This document shows positions 1 to 12,759 of a stretch of DNA of 64,000 nt, piece by piece. Where the stretch lies: positions 9,796,001-9,860,000 of the forward strand of contig OX597827.1 in NCBI GenBank assembly GCA_951406725.2, read 5' to 3'. The DNA comes from Octopus vulgaris. Its lineage: Eukaryota. The position numbers were made by a program, and so were the translations under genes. The stretch's first letter is position 1, and each line of letters starts with the position of its first letter. The notes under the pieces are model-generated. The model was not told the origin of the DNA. It saw only the letters and a list, made by a program, of their open reading frames with translations, and made no database searches.

Positions 1-263
1 ACTTTTTGTCTTCATGTGTGCTCTTGCTCTGCTTATTCCATTTTGTTCTTCTATAAGTGTCGCCAAAGTGGTCACTGATGTGTGACAAAATATTTCCAGA
101 AAATGGACATGAATTAGAATAAGAACAGTAATAAATGAGTGAAGAACGAATATATAGCACCTGTGTTTATTTGGCAAAAAAGAAACGACTGTCTCAGATT
201 ACAACAATATCTGTTTCAACACACGACTTCACATCAGGAATCTTGCTACACAAATTCATAATC

Positions 264-407
<144 letters not shown>

Positions 408-1042
408 TCTCAGAATGTTTTTCATGCATGTGTTGGTAATTTTGTTGTGATATTTGTTTAACAACACCTGCTGAAACTGATCTCATATATTCTAGTATAA
501 AATAATTTGGTGAACAATCTGCATCATTTCAAGACACTGGAAGCAGCTTCAGGGCATGCAGTAGTCAAGAAAGAAAACTAGTGTGTTTGATATAACAATA
601 TTTTCCCATGATTTAATATTAAATGATACTTGATTTATTTATATATTTACATTCTTTTTATTTTATTCCCCTTCCCCTCCCCCAAAAAATGGAGAAAAAG
701 AAATTTGTTTTCGTTTTTAAGATTTCAAAAGAAATTTGATTCAGAAAAATAACTAGCATTTAATATAAAACTGATTAAGAAATTTCATGAGAAGTTAAAA
801 AAAAAAAAAAAAAAAAGAGAGAGAGAGAGATGAAGTATATGTAATTTCTAGAAATTGTTGTTTTCTTAAAACATTTTGGGAAACTTCTTAAACTGATAAA
901 AGCCATTATACAAAGAATTCATAGCTTTAGTTGTTTAAGTTCCTGAAAGTTTGAACAATAGAAATCTTCGTCAACTGAAACACAAATTAGTTTTGTAGAA
1001 ATTAATGAGTTGCATTAATAAGAAAGCAAGATGCAAAAGTGA

Positions 1043-1074
<32 letters not shown>

Positions 1075-1609
1075 GAGTTTGATGATATAACCTTTATTCT
1101 TGTAAGAATTATGAGATCAAAATACAGATTAACATTCAGTGAGTGTAGTAAGTATTGAAGCAGTTTCTTTTCAATTCAGCCAATATAAAAGGGAAATACT
1201 TCTAAACTCTGTAATTAAAAGGCAAACCCATCCCAGATCTCTTTTGTTTGCACTAATTGACTTCATACATCAGTTATTGATGAAGATCTGTAAATTATGT
1301 GAAATCTTAGCTCTATTCATGACTAAAATTTTGAAGGTAAAAAAAAAAAAAAGCAATGTAAAATCTTTTAAATCTATGAATTTGTATTACATCTTTCATC
1401 CCTGTTGTAAAAACACAAATTTATTTTCAATTTGCCATGAAAAAAATTAATGATTTCCTAACCCTTTACAACTAAATTGTTTTAAAGTTTTAAAATATTC
1501 ACCAAAATTTGAACAGAGATGAAATCCTAAGATTATATTTCTGAATATTCCAAAGTAATTTCTTACTCTTTTTTTTTTTTCTTGTTCTTGTTAAACAGTA
1601 ATTATATTA

Positions 1610-1966
1610 ACCATGATAAATCTCAGAGCGAGTTATAAACAGTAGCGGTAACACATCGTGACGTATATTTGCCATTTGAATATGGCTAACCCCTAAGGGT
1701 GGATGCTACTGTAGTTTGTAGCCCCAGGAAGACACCTCTTCCAGCTGGTTATAGACACACTTTCTGTGCCCTATCAGTAATACCTTGAAACTCGAGTCCG
1801 TGTGTATCATGAGTTGAAGACGGGAAGGATGAATTCCCTTCACTAATACTGATAGGGCACAGAAAGTGTGTCTATAGCCAGCTGGAGGAGGTGTCTTCCT
1901 GGGGCTACAAACTACAGTAGCATCCACCTTTAGGGGTTAGCCATATTCAAATGGCAATTATACGTC
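1610..1966. mobile_element. Fold-back (long inverted repeat) element with putative 15-bp target-site duplication
   Basis: Arms 1658-1779 and 1847-1968 are reverse complements (122 bp, about 4 mismatches). The direct repeat acagtaattatatta lies at 1595-1609 and 1967-1981. Confidence 0.8.
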
Positions 1967-1997
1967 ACAGTAATTATATTATTGTAATGAATAATAT

Positions 1998-2003
1998 ACT
2001 CAC
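1998..2003 (-). promoter_or_regulatory. 5' splice donor ending the large Pcdh exon
   Basis: GCCAA|GTGAGT consensus donor, phase 0 after ...ELASQ. Confidence 0.8.
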
Positions 2004-4454
2004 TTGGCTCGCTAATTCTGTTGTTGCTGTACAATAAACACCAGTGAACAAACTTTTCTTGTTGTGACTTGAGTCAAACCGAGAATGCGGTTCTGCTTTT
2101 AACTGGATTGGTTGAAGAGCTTTAGATTTTGCTTCTTCTGATATCGCAGCTGGTACATCATATTGCGAACACATTGGCTCACAGAAATATTCAGTTTGTC
2201 TATTTTCATCCAAGAATTTATCAGCATTATCAACTTCATTAGAGTAGTCGGAATTTCTTTGATGGCTGCTTTTAACAATACATATTGTTATAGCTACAAC
2301 AAAAACTACTGAGATCGTAACTGCAGCCACAACAATGATTATAAATAAATTGATATGTATCTTGTCATCAGACTGTGTATTAACTGTTGCAAACATTGTT
2401 GAAGTTTTGTTACTGACAGTCAATGTTAAAAATAAAGTAGTAGTTGCTGATAAAACAGGAGTACCACTGTCTTTGACAGCTAATTTAAGATCATATGACC
2501 CGGCATCATTTTGGTAAACTGTACGAGTAAAAGACAAAACGCCTGAAAATTGGTTTATTGCAAACAGATGTTTGTCATTACCACCAAGGATTTCATATTT
2601 GAGAAAAGCATTTTGGCGTCTGTCTCTGTCAGAAGCTTTCAGGACTGTGATATCATTTTTACTTTGTGGATGATAGTGGACATCTAGACTGAAAGGGTTA
2701 ACACTGGGAAATATGAAATATGGAGCATTGTCATTTTCGTCCATAACTTCAACAATAACATTTGCCGTGTTGTTTAAAGAAGGATTTCCATTGTCTCTGA
2801 CAAACACTTGAAATTTATATATTTCTTGTCTTTCTCTGTCCATCGACTGAGTGGTTAAAATGAATCCAATATCAGATATTTGAAAAGGAAATGACTGTTC
2901 CCTAATCCTTAGAAGAGAGTAGGTGAGTTTTCCTCCAGACCCTAGGTCAGGATCAGTTGCATTGATAAACCCTACAGGGAAACTAGGATCTTCATTTTCG
3001 TAAGTAAGAAATTTAAATGTCTCTTTTGTAAATTGTGGTTGTACATCATTAACATCCATTACCTGAATAGAGAACTTCTGTTCTGTTTTCATTGAGGGCG
3101 ATCCTTTATCTTGGCAAATGATAATGAATTCAATGTGACTTTCTTTCTCTCTGTCAACCAAATTCTTGAGGATAACTTTATATTTATTTTTGCCAAGACT
3201 TTGAAGTTTAAATTTTCCATGATGAAGGTTACACACAACCTCTCCATTTTTGCCAACATCATTGTCAGAAACCTTTACATATGCAATAAAGCTGCCAACT
3301 TTCATCCCTTCTGATATGGTAGCCATATTGTCAGAGGACTTAGAAACAAAGTTCATTTCAATAACAGGAGCATTATTCTGCTGGTTGACAACGTTGACTT
3401 GTACCATAGCAACAGAAGTTAAAGGTGGGTTTCCTCCATCAGTGGCTTCGACATACAGTTCATATGTCTGACGCTTTTCATAGGGAAAATCTTCCTGAAG
3501 GAATATTTCTCCAGTTATTTCATCCAATCGAAACTGCAATTGAGCTGTGTCTGCAGTTTTTGAACTAAAGTGATAGGTTACCCTGCCATTTTTATCGGCA
3601 TCAAGATCAGTTGCATGTAAAGCAATAACTAATTTATTCTTCTGGTACTGATTATTGACAGTAACATTATATGAGTTCTGTGAGTATACAGGAGGATTAT
3701 CATTGACATCTGTGACTGAAATCTTTATACTCAAAACTCCTTGTTTTGGTGGAGATCCTCCATCAGTTGCAATAACTTGCAATGTGTAAGTATCCTTGAC
3801 TTCTCGATCTATTTCTTTCTCTAAATTAATCCCAAGATTATAAGATCCATCAAATCTCTTAGAAAAACTTAAAGTAAATAACTCATCACTATTCTCCTTC
3901 AGTTGGTAACTTATTTGTGAATTCTTCACACTAACATCTCTATCGACGGCATTAGGGATTGACCTCATTGTGTCCTTCTTGTCTCCATCAGAAAACTGAA
4001 GACTAATATGTTTACTAGGAAATTCTGGTTGGTGGTCATTAGCATCTTCTATTACAACTTTAATTTCCAAAATTTTAAAGAATGATTGATCTTTCTGAAC
4101 AGCTACATCAACCATTCTGAAGCATTCAGTATTATATTTACAGAGGGATTCAGCATCGAGTGTCTGAGCAGTAAATATTTTCCCTGTATTAGTAACTTTA
4201 AATAGTTGGTTGTCACTTAGGACATTTTTCTGCAGTTGGTTAAACCGTATCGAACTATAGTCTTTGGACAAAATACTATCCATCAGGTGAGTATCTGTTG
4301 CAATATCTCCAAGGTAACTGTCTGGACTTCTGCCTTCTTTAACGTAATAAATAAAGTCTGTACAGAAGCAGGTCTGGTAAAATATTTGTAGCACAAAGAT
4401 CTTGATGAACATTTCTTTGACTAGAGATGACAGCCATATGCGATGAGAATTCAT
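2004..4454 (-). CDS. Pcdh: Protocadherin (cephalopod-expanded type), large coding exon: signal peptide, EC1-EC6, TM, proximal cytoplasmic region; gene continues beyond a phase-0 intron
   Basis: The ORF has cadherin linker motifs DANDHQPEF, DVNDNPPVY, NQQNNAPVI, DVNDVQPQF and DENDNAPYF, plus DRE and AxDxGxP motifs. EC1 carries C-X5-C (CKYNTEC, 4122-4142) and there is a hydrophobic TM (LFIIIVVAAVTISVVFVVAITICIV, ~2274-2350). Likely start is ATG 4454 (MNSHRIW) or 4412 (MFIKIFV). The donor CAA|GTGAGT is at 2004/2003; unspliced read-through would stop at 1974. Confidence 0.93.
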
Positions 4455-4496
4455 GTTTATTGTTTTCCAAATTTCTGAGATAATAACTGAATGAAT

Positions 4497-4525
4497 CTGA
4501 AATATATGGGAAAAAGAGAGAATTA
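4497..4525 (-). promoter_or_regulatory. Splice acceptor with polypyrimidine tract upstream of the Pcdh start codon, implying an upstream non-coding exon
   Basis: The minus strand reads ttctctctttttcccatatatttcAG|attcatt, so the exon starts at 4496, 42 nt before ATG 4454. Confidence 0.7.
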
Positions 4526-4664
4526 AATAAAAAGGATTTAAATAGATAATTATAACTTTACTATTATTATTATTATTTATTGGGGGAGGAGGCAAAATAA
4601 AACCTAAATTATAAAGTCTGTTGTTAAATGTATACATTTGTATAGTCAATATATACCCATTGTG

Positions 4665-4866
4665 TCTGTGTGTGTGTATGTAATTATATGTATGTACATA
4701 TGTGTACATACATATATATATATATATATATATGTATATACACATATATATATGTATATACATATATATATGTATATACATATATATATGTATGTATATA
4801 CATATATATACATATATAAAATTACACACACACATATATTCATGAATATATGTGTACAAACATGCA

Positions 4867-4904
<38 letters not shown>

Positions 4905-4915
4905 TATATAAATAT
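4665..4915. repeat. Compound (TG)/(TA)/(CA) microsatellite
   Basis: Direct reading; it accounts for the spurious N-terminal extension of the 989-aa ORF. Confidence 0.9.
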
Positions 4916-5155
4916 ATAGAAAATTTATGCTTAATTTATTCATGGCAATTTAATCAAAATGAAGATTAGGCAGAAGACAGGCATGATAGTGATGGATCAG
5001 AGTAAATATGGCAAAATAGTTCAAAAGTAAAATAATTTAGTTTGTTGTGGAGACGATGAAAGAAATCTAACAGTTCAAGAACAAATCTAGAACCACATGG
5101 TTTGAAGTGAATGTCTTAACATAGCCATGTTTGCATCATAAGTATACATATATCT

Positions 5156-5750
<595 letters not shown>

Positions 5751-6261
5751 TTTGTATATATGTATGACTTTACACATACAGTCATACACACACATAAAGG
5801 GAATGTGTGAGAGAGATAGATAGGGGTGAGGTGGGGTTGATCGAGACAGACATGAACATTTATGTTTACAGAGACGGTGTCCGATATATAAATAATATTT
5901 CATTAAAAGCCGAAACTTTCTAAATGATAACTCAGAGTTTCACATTACCAATAATTCACACAATTCCTGAAGGTGATACGTAGCAGGATCAAACCAGACA
6001 CTACAATTGCTATAAAACAAAGTGAACTTCTTGACCATGTGGCCATACTATCACCATATCTCTACCAATGGAGAGTCTTCGTGCAAGGAAGCCATTCCAT
6101 CTGGAATGCTGAGAAGCATCCAAGCATGAGTTGCAAGAAATAGCGTTTGCTCCTTGTTTACACACTAATTCTGCTGCCGCCATGAATCATTGCTTTCCAT
6201 TATTGTTGTCATAATATAATAATGCTTTATGAACTTGAAGGTCCCAACTGTCTTAGTAAAT

Positions 6262-6447
6262 ATGTGTGTGTGTATGTGTGTGTATGTATGTGATTATGTA
6301 TAACTGTGAGTATGTGTGTGTGTGTATGTGACTATGTATAACAGTGAGTGTGTATGTGTGTCCTCGTGTGTGTATGTGTGTGAGTATATATGTGTGTGTG
6401 TGTGTGTGTGATTATGTATAACAGTGAGTGTGTATGTGTGTCCTTGA

Positions 6448-6482
<35 letters not shown>

Positions 6483-6990
6483 TGTAAATTATACATACAC
6501 ACATACTCACACGCACTCATGCATATGCAAACACATGCACATATATACGTGCACTCACATGCTTCATCACAAACATCATCACCATCATCATCGTCATCAT
6601 CATCATCATCATTGTTATTGTCATCGTCATCACAACGGTCATTACCACCACCACCACCACCACAACTATCATCCTCATCTACACCATCACCACCATCATC
6701 ATAGTCATCATCATCATCGTCATTATCATCGTCATTGTCATCACTGTTGTCTTCATCATCACCACCACCACCACCACCATCCTTATGGTCATCATCATCA
6801 TCATCATTATCCTCATCTTCATGATCACCATCTATATATCCACTCAATGAATTATACATATCCTGTTTATATCTAAACACACATGTACATGTACGTGTAT
6901 TTATGCGTATGTATACATGTGTGTGAGTGTGCATGTGAGAGGTGTGTGCGTGCATGTGTGGAGTGTGCACATGTGGGGAGATGTATGTAT
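6262..6990. repeat. Compound (TG)n-(CA)n-(CAT/CAC)n block, paralogous to 9450-9980
   Basis: Both blocks share the non-repetitive anchor gtgcatgtaaattatacatacaca and the same order of modules. Confidence 0.75.
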
Positions 6991-7095
6991 ATATAGAACA
7001 TCAATTTGATCAATATCTTAGTTCACCATCAAGCACTTTACATTAATTCACTCAATCACTTTTTCTATGTGTGTGTCTGTGTGTACATCTGAACG

Positions 7096-7126
<31 letters not shown>

Positions 7127-8262
7127 ACGTGCATATATATATATGCACGTACACACACACACACATATATATATATGTATATATATGTATATATATATAT
7201 ATCCACTATATATATATAGGTGGTGGTGAAAAAGAAGAGAGTGAGAGAGAGGAAGAAAGTTAACAATATATACTTATGTTCTTTCTTTATTCATTACAGT
7301 CATTGGACTGCAGTCATCCTGGGGCACCACTTTGAAGGGTTTTAGTCAAACATATCGACCCCGGTAATTATATCAGTCTGGTACATACGTTATTGATCAA
7401 TAGGTTCTTAAAACTGGTGCTTTGTAAAAACATGCAACTTTTTTGTTTTGTCTTTACACAACAATGGTTTTACAATGTTAATCATAAATACATACAGTTA
7501 CAAACACATATAGATTTATATATGTATTACGCTTGTATCTATCTATTAATCTATATATTTGCTGAGGCAGACTTTCTACAGCTTGATGCTCTTCCTATCA
7601 CCAACCTTGACCTTTTTCCAAAGAAGGTAATATTTTCATGGAAGATTGAAAATAGAAGACACTTTCCGTATGACAGTGACATCCATTTTTCCTTTACAAC
7701 TAACAAGCAATGTTCTGGTGAGACACCAGCTCACACACGAACATAATCTATATATATATACGTATATCATCCAGCTGTAGAAATACTGCCAGATCAGACT
7801 GGAGCCTGGTGTAGCCTCTTGGCTTCCCAGACTCCAGTCGAACCATCAAACCCATGCTAATATGGAAAACGGACGTTAATTGATGATGATGATGATGATA
7901 TATATATCGGTGCAGGAGTGGCTGTGTGGTAAGAAGCTTGCTTCCCAACCACATGGTTCCAGGTTCAGTCCCACTGCATAGCACCTTGGGCAAGTGCCTT
8001 CTACTATAGCCTGTACATATATGTGTGTGTTGTGTGTGTGTGTGGAGGGGTGAATGTGTGTGTACAGAGAGAAAGAGAAGGAAAAATATACATATATATG
8101 ATGGACTTCTTTCAATTTTCATCTATCAAATTCACCCAGAAGGTTTGTTCGACCCAGGGCTATAGAAGACACTTCCCCAAGGTACCATGCAGTGGGACTG
8201 AACCCAAAGCTATGTGACTTGGAAGCAAACTTCTCAAAATGTGTGTATGTATATAAATATGC

Positions 8263-8302
<40 letters not shown>

Positions 8303-8359
8303 TTATATATATATATATATATTTATTTATATATATATATATATATTCTTTTACTTTTA

Positions 8360-8587
8360 TTTTTACATGTTTCAGTCATTTGACTGTGGTCATGCTGGAG
8401 CACCACCTCCAAGGTTTTTTTTTTTTTCCAGTCGAAGAAATTTACCCCAGGACTTATTCTTTGTAAGCCTAGTACTTATTCTATCAGCCTCTTTTGCTGA
8501 ACTGATAAGTTACGGGGATGTAAACACACCAGCATCGGTTGTCAAGCGATGTTGGGGGGACAAACACAGACACACAAACACACATAT

Positions 8588-8620
<33 letters not shown>

Positions 8621-8795
8621 TATACATATATATGATAGGCTTCTTCCAGTTTCCGTCTACCAAATACACTCACAAGGCTTTGGTCGGCCTGAGGCCATAG
8701 TAGAAGACACTTGCCCAAGGTGCCATGCAGTGGGACTGAACCCGGAACCATGTGGTTGGGAAGCAAGCTTCTTACCACACAGCCACTCCTATGCC
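8360..8795 (-). mobile_element. tRNA-derived SINE, family A (full length)
   Basis: Head with A box (TGGCTGTGTGGT) and B box (GGTTCAGTCCC), CORE-like cttgggcaagtgtctt, internal (TA)/(TG) tract, and tail ...ccagcatg-cagtcaaatgactgaaac. More than 10 copies in the window. Confidence 0.9.
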
Positions 8796-8856
8796 TTATA
8801 TTAAAAAGTATATATATACATATCTTTTAATACAAACACATATGTTTATATACACA

Positions 8857-9241
8857 CTGGCAGTATCGCCCGGCGTTGCTCAGGTTTGTAAGGGAAATAA
8901 CTATAAAGCATTTTTAGAGAGTTATAGCCAAAAAATAGCAAAAAAATGGAAAAAAATGATGGTAAATTATATTTTGAGAGTTAAAAAAGGTGGAGTTGCG
9001 TCCCCTAGACAGTTTGCGGTTTGTGTTTCTGATTCTCGACCCCATGTCGAATTTATCGATTTTTTTCAGAACTGGGGGAACTTTTCAAAATTTTCGCTGC
9101 GTTAGTTTTGAATTATGACATTGGGCTATGTGTGTGTCAAGTTTCATCAGAATCGGTTGAAAGCCGTGGTCAGAGTGAGGGTACAAGCAGACAGACACAC
9201 AGAAACACGCACAGACAAACTGCCGTTTATATAGAGAGAGA
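8857..9241 (-). mobile_element. Non-autonomous Helitron-like element
   Basis: The minus strand starts A|TCtctctctatataaacggc, contains (GTCT)-type repeats, and ends in a GC-rich subterminal hairpin region followed by ...tactgCCAG|T (a CTRR variant). It sits between A and T with no TSD. Confidence 0.75.
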
Positions 9242-9449
9242 TTACAATTGAAAGGCTCTGAATTCTAGCACTCCACGTTGCTCATTTCTGATCATCAGAC
9301 ATATACCAAAAACATGAGATTAATGCAGCCATTTTCACACGTTATTCACAAAGGTTTTTAAATAGAAGAACATAATGATAAGCTTACATTTCATATTTCA
9401 AAAAAATATTCGAAAGAAAACCAGAGTCAGTTTACCAGCTTATGATTGG

Positions 9450-9969
9450 AAATGTGTGTTTACGTGTGTCCCCGTGCGTGTGTATGTGTGTGAGTATGTG
9501 TGCGCGTGTGCATGTAAATTATACATACACATATAAACTCACTCACACACACACTCACACACACTCATGTATATACATACACATGCACATATATACATGC
9601 ACTCACACACTTCATCATCATCATCATCATCATCGCAATCATCATCACCATCATCACCATCGTCATCATCATTATCATTGCCATTATCATCATCATCATC
9701 TTCATCATCACCATCACCACCACCACCACCACTATCATCATCATCAACATCATTACCACAACTATAATCATCATCTACATTCCAACCACCACCACCACCA
9801 CTACCACCACCACCACCACCACCACCAACACCACCACCACTACCATCATCATTGATATATGTGTGTTTGTGTGTGTGTGGGGGTGTGTAGCATATGTATG
9901 TGTATAGTGTATATATAATATATATATATGTATATGTATACATATATTATATTTATGTGTGTGTATGTA

Positions 9970-9980
<11 letters not shown>
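9450..9980. repeat. Compound (TG)n-(CA)n-(CAT/CAC)n block, paralogous to 6262-6990
   Basis: Shared anchor sequence and module order. Confidence 0.75.
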
Positions 9981-10000
<20 letters not shown>

Positions 10001-10184
10001 TTACACACACTGTGCACATATCCTTTCAGTTCTGTATAAGGTTCCTTTGTTTCGGCTTTAGTGTTTCTTGGTTACTTTCTCTGATACCAATTCCTTACTT
10101 TCCACTTTCATTCTATTTGTCTTGCATTAAATACAATAGATGTTCAACAATAATCATTAACATTTTTAAGGAACAATTATCAGA

Positions 10185-10217
<33 letters not shown>

Positions 10218-10469
10218 ATATATATTTTTATATGTTTATGTTTTTTTTTTCTTTTTCAATTACTAATTATTATTTTTTATGTACATTGGCATAATGCCAC
10301 AATTTGGTGGGAGATAAACTGATATAGCTAATTGAATCAAACCTTACAGAAGACTGGCTCTTATTTTATAGATTCCAGACTGATAAACTGAAAGCATGAA
10401 TGAAAGAAAATTTTGCACCTAAATTTCATTGAAAGTTTACCTATTACTGAGATGCTCAACAATGCTACA

Positions 10470-10862
10470 TTATCATCATCATCATTGTTCGACCGTGGTC
10501 GAGACAATGGAATTTACCATGCTACGCCAGACTTCACGGTCCATCATGGCATTACGGAGGTCCTGTTGCTGGATGCCTGTATCCCTGGAGATTACATCAG
10601 GGTAGGAGAGTGTGCGCCCTCTGGTATTGCGAGTAGATGGCTTCCAGAGGAGAAGAGGAGAAATTACTTCTTTTTCAGCTCTACAACAATGTCCAGCAAA
10701 CTGGACTCTCCTACCTTTCACAAGAGATGACACAGGTGGTAGTTTCCCATATATTTGCATTTTGGTTGGATGGCGCTTCCATGAGAAATTTTGAGCTCTC
10801 ATAAGGAGGCGAGTGTAGGTTCCATCTAACCGCCTCTCAAGCTTCTTTGATAACGTCCAGTC
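10470..10862 (-). mobile_element. 5'-truncated RTE-clade LINE (RT C-terminal region plus (TGA)n tail)
   Basis: WTLSKKLERRLDGTYTRLLMRAQNFSWKRHPT...RRVQFAGHCCR...MMDREVWRSMV is a typical RTE post-RT C-terminus. The stop is followed directly by tgatgatga. Confidence 0.88.
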
Positions 10863-11110
10863 CACTGTCGAAACCCCGAATGGAAAAATAGGTATCTCTA
10901 CAGATAAGAGGTCCCTTGAAAACTTGATTTTAGAAAGACATGCATCGTGGGTTGTAATCTTAATTAGTGACCCAACTTAAAATTACCACCTGGCTCTTGG
11001 GTGCCTTTAGCTAAGTCCACCTTGTTGCAAGTATTCAGGTCTTCCACCAGAGGACATCTTCCTTCCCACTTGTCTCCTCCTCACATCATTGCTTTATTTA
11101 ACCCTTTAAC

Positions 11111-11259
11111 GAGGTGATTTTAAATTCTCAAATGCAGGATAATGCTAATAATATAGCCTGAACAGGATAAGCTACCCCTTTCTGCAAAATAGGGGTAGCT
11201 TATTCTGTTCAGGCTATATTATTAGCATTATCCTGCGTTTGAGAATTTAAAATCACCTC
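11111..11259. mobile_element. Palindromic MITE (GAGG...CCTC) with tttaac direct repeats
   Basis: 69-bp arms (11111-11179 and 11191-11259, 2 mismatches) with an 11-nt loop. tttaac flanks at 11105-11110 and 11260-11265. Confidence 0.82.
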
Positions 11260-11569
11260 TTTAACTTTCTAAAACATCTCAACGCTTCTAAAGTAAACTT
11301 CGTTAGTTTGTTTACATTCATCATAATTTGAATTTAACCCTTTAAAATTGAAACCACCCCTATGTGGCCAAAATATTCTATTCTGTTTTATGTTCAAATT
11401 GACCAGATTTGATCTGACCTCTCACACCTATCCTACAATATCATTCTAAATTAAAGAATTACATTTTTGGAAACTCAAAGCTACATGACAGAGCATGATT
11501 AATTCAAAATTATGTGAATAAATAAGTATTACATTTGACAAAGTAAGCTAAATGCTGACGTGTTTAACC

Positions 11570-11765
11570 CCACCCCACACAACCGTTAACCTCTAAACTC
11601 ATTCTTTCCTGCACAGAACGTCTGCACTCTGAAACTTTCTCTCCTTTTATGTTTTTCCTCACAGGTGTTGACTTACAAAAGATTAAAATAAACATTAACA
11701 GCACCAGTCTCACTTGTCTCAAAGAGCTTGCAACAGCTAAGAGAACTGGCCCTTTCTTCAGACCC
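11570..11765 (+). mobile_element. Degenerate 3' end of a Jockey/CR1/L2-group LINE
   Basis: With frameshifts it reads NSFFP-RTSAL*NFL..VFP-GVDLQKIKININ, resembling the SFFPRT..LWN.LP..VFP...DLQ.FK..IN C-terminal motif. Confidence 0.55.
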
Positions 11766-12087
11766 AGCAGGTGAGAAAAAGAAAAAAAAAAAACCAGCAA
11801 AAAGTACCAAACAAACAAACAACAGAAAACAACTTCCTTTGATATTAAAAATTTAATTACCTTTTACACTGAACATTACATTATTTTTAAACAGTAGATG
11901 TAATGATAGACTTTACGTTTATGTCTCTCAAGTATTGACTTTTACTTGCTATGAATTTTTAGCTGTCTAGCTTGATTGATGTATACAAAGAGTAAACCGA
12001 ATACATTTTCTTCTCTGACTTCTACTCATTTGTGTTGAAAGACAATTATATATGACACAGTTCACTTACATATATTGTTATGTGACA

Positions 12088-12235
12088 TATTAAATTCTAA
12101 TTTACTGATTTTCGATAAAATCTAATCTACTGATTTGTCATTAAATTTGAATCTACTGATTCTCATTAAATTCAAATTTACTGAATCTCATTCAATTTTA
12201 ATTTACTGAGTCATTAACTTTAAAGCAACTGAGCC
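12088..12235. repeat. Degenerate ~25-bp minisatellite, about 6 units
   Basis: Recurring aatYtactgaWtYtcattaaattY units. Confidence 0.75.
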
Positions 12236-12759
12236 ACGCTCCATGCTTATCTACTGTGTTACATTAAATTTGAATAAATTACATCTCATCTTCATCAACA
12301 TCATTATCATTATCATCATCATCATCGTAATCCCCACCACCAATTCCACCATTTTAACGTCTATTTTTCCACACTTGGATGGGTCAGATGAGAGTATGTT
12401 GGAGAGGTATTCCCAAAAGTAGGATGCCTTTCCTGTTGCCAACCCACCACTCATTTCCAAGTGAGTTCTTAACATTGTAGTCAATCAAGCAACAAATAGC
12501 CAAGAGATGTTTTAAATGGAAAACTGACAAATTTGACATTGTATGAATGAATCTCTTGTTTACTAAAGTCACAAGGCAGACAAGAGAAATACAAATTCAC
12601 TAACACATAGAAACACGGACACTCATAAATATATATTTTGCTATTTTTTGTGTACTTTTAAAATATGTTACCTACAAACATCAGCAGAATTTAAAATCAG
12701 AGCATAATGACAAAATACTACTAAGCATTTTGTCTAGCATGGTAATGATTCTGCCAATC

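Noticed and set aside
1-110. Possible downstream Pcdh exon on the minus strand
   Set aside because: Frames are open only briefly, the acceptor is weak, and there is no recognisable cytoplasmic motif.
4497-4943. N-terminal ~160 aa of the 989-aa ORF
   Set aside because: It is translated microsatellite and intron upstream of a clear splice acceptor; the signal peptide begins after ATG 4454 or 4412.
11665-11770. Apparent plus-strand exon (ttcctcacag|...cag|gtgaga) with one open frame
   Set aside because: The sequence is better explained as a decayed LINE 3' end; exonisation cannot be shown without RNA data.
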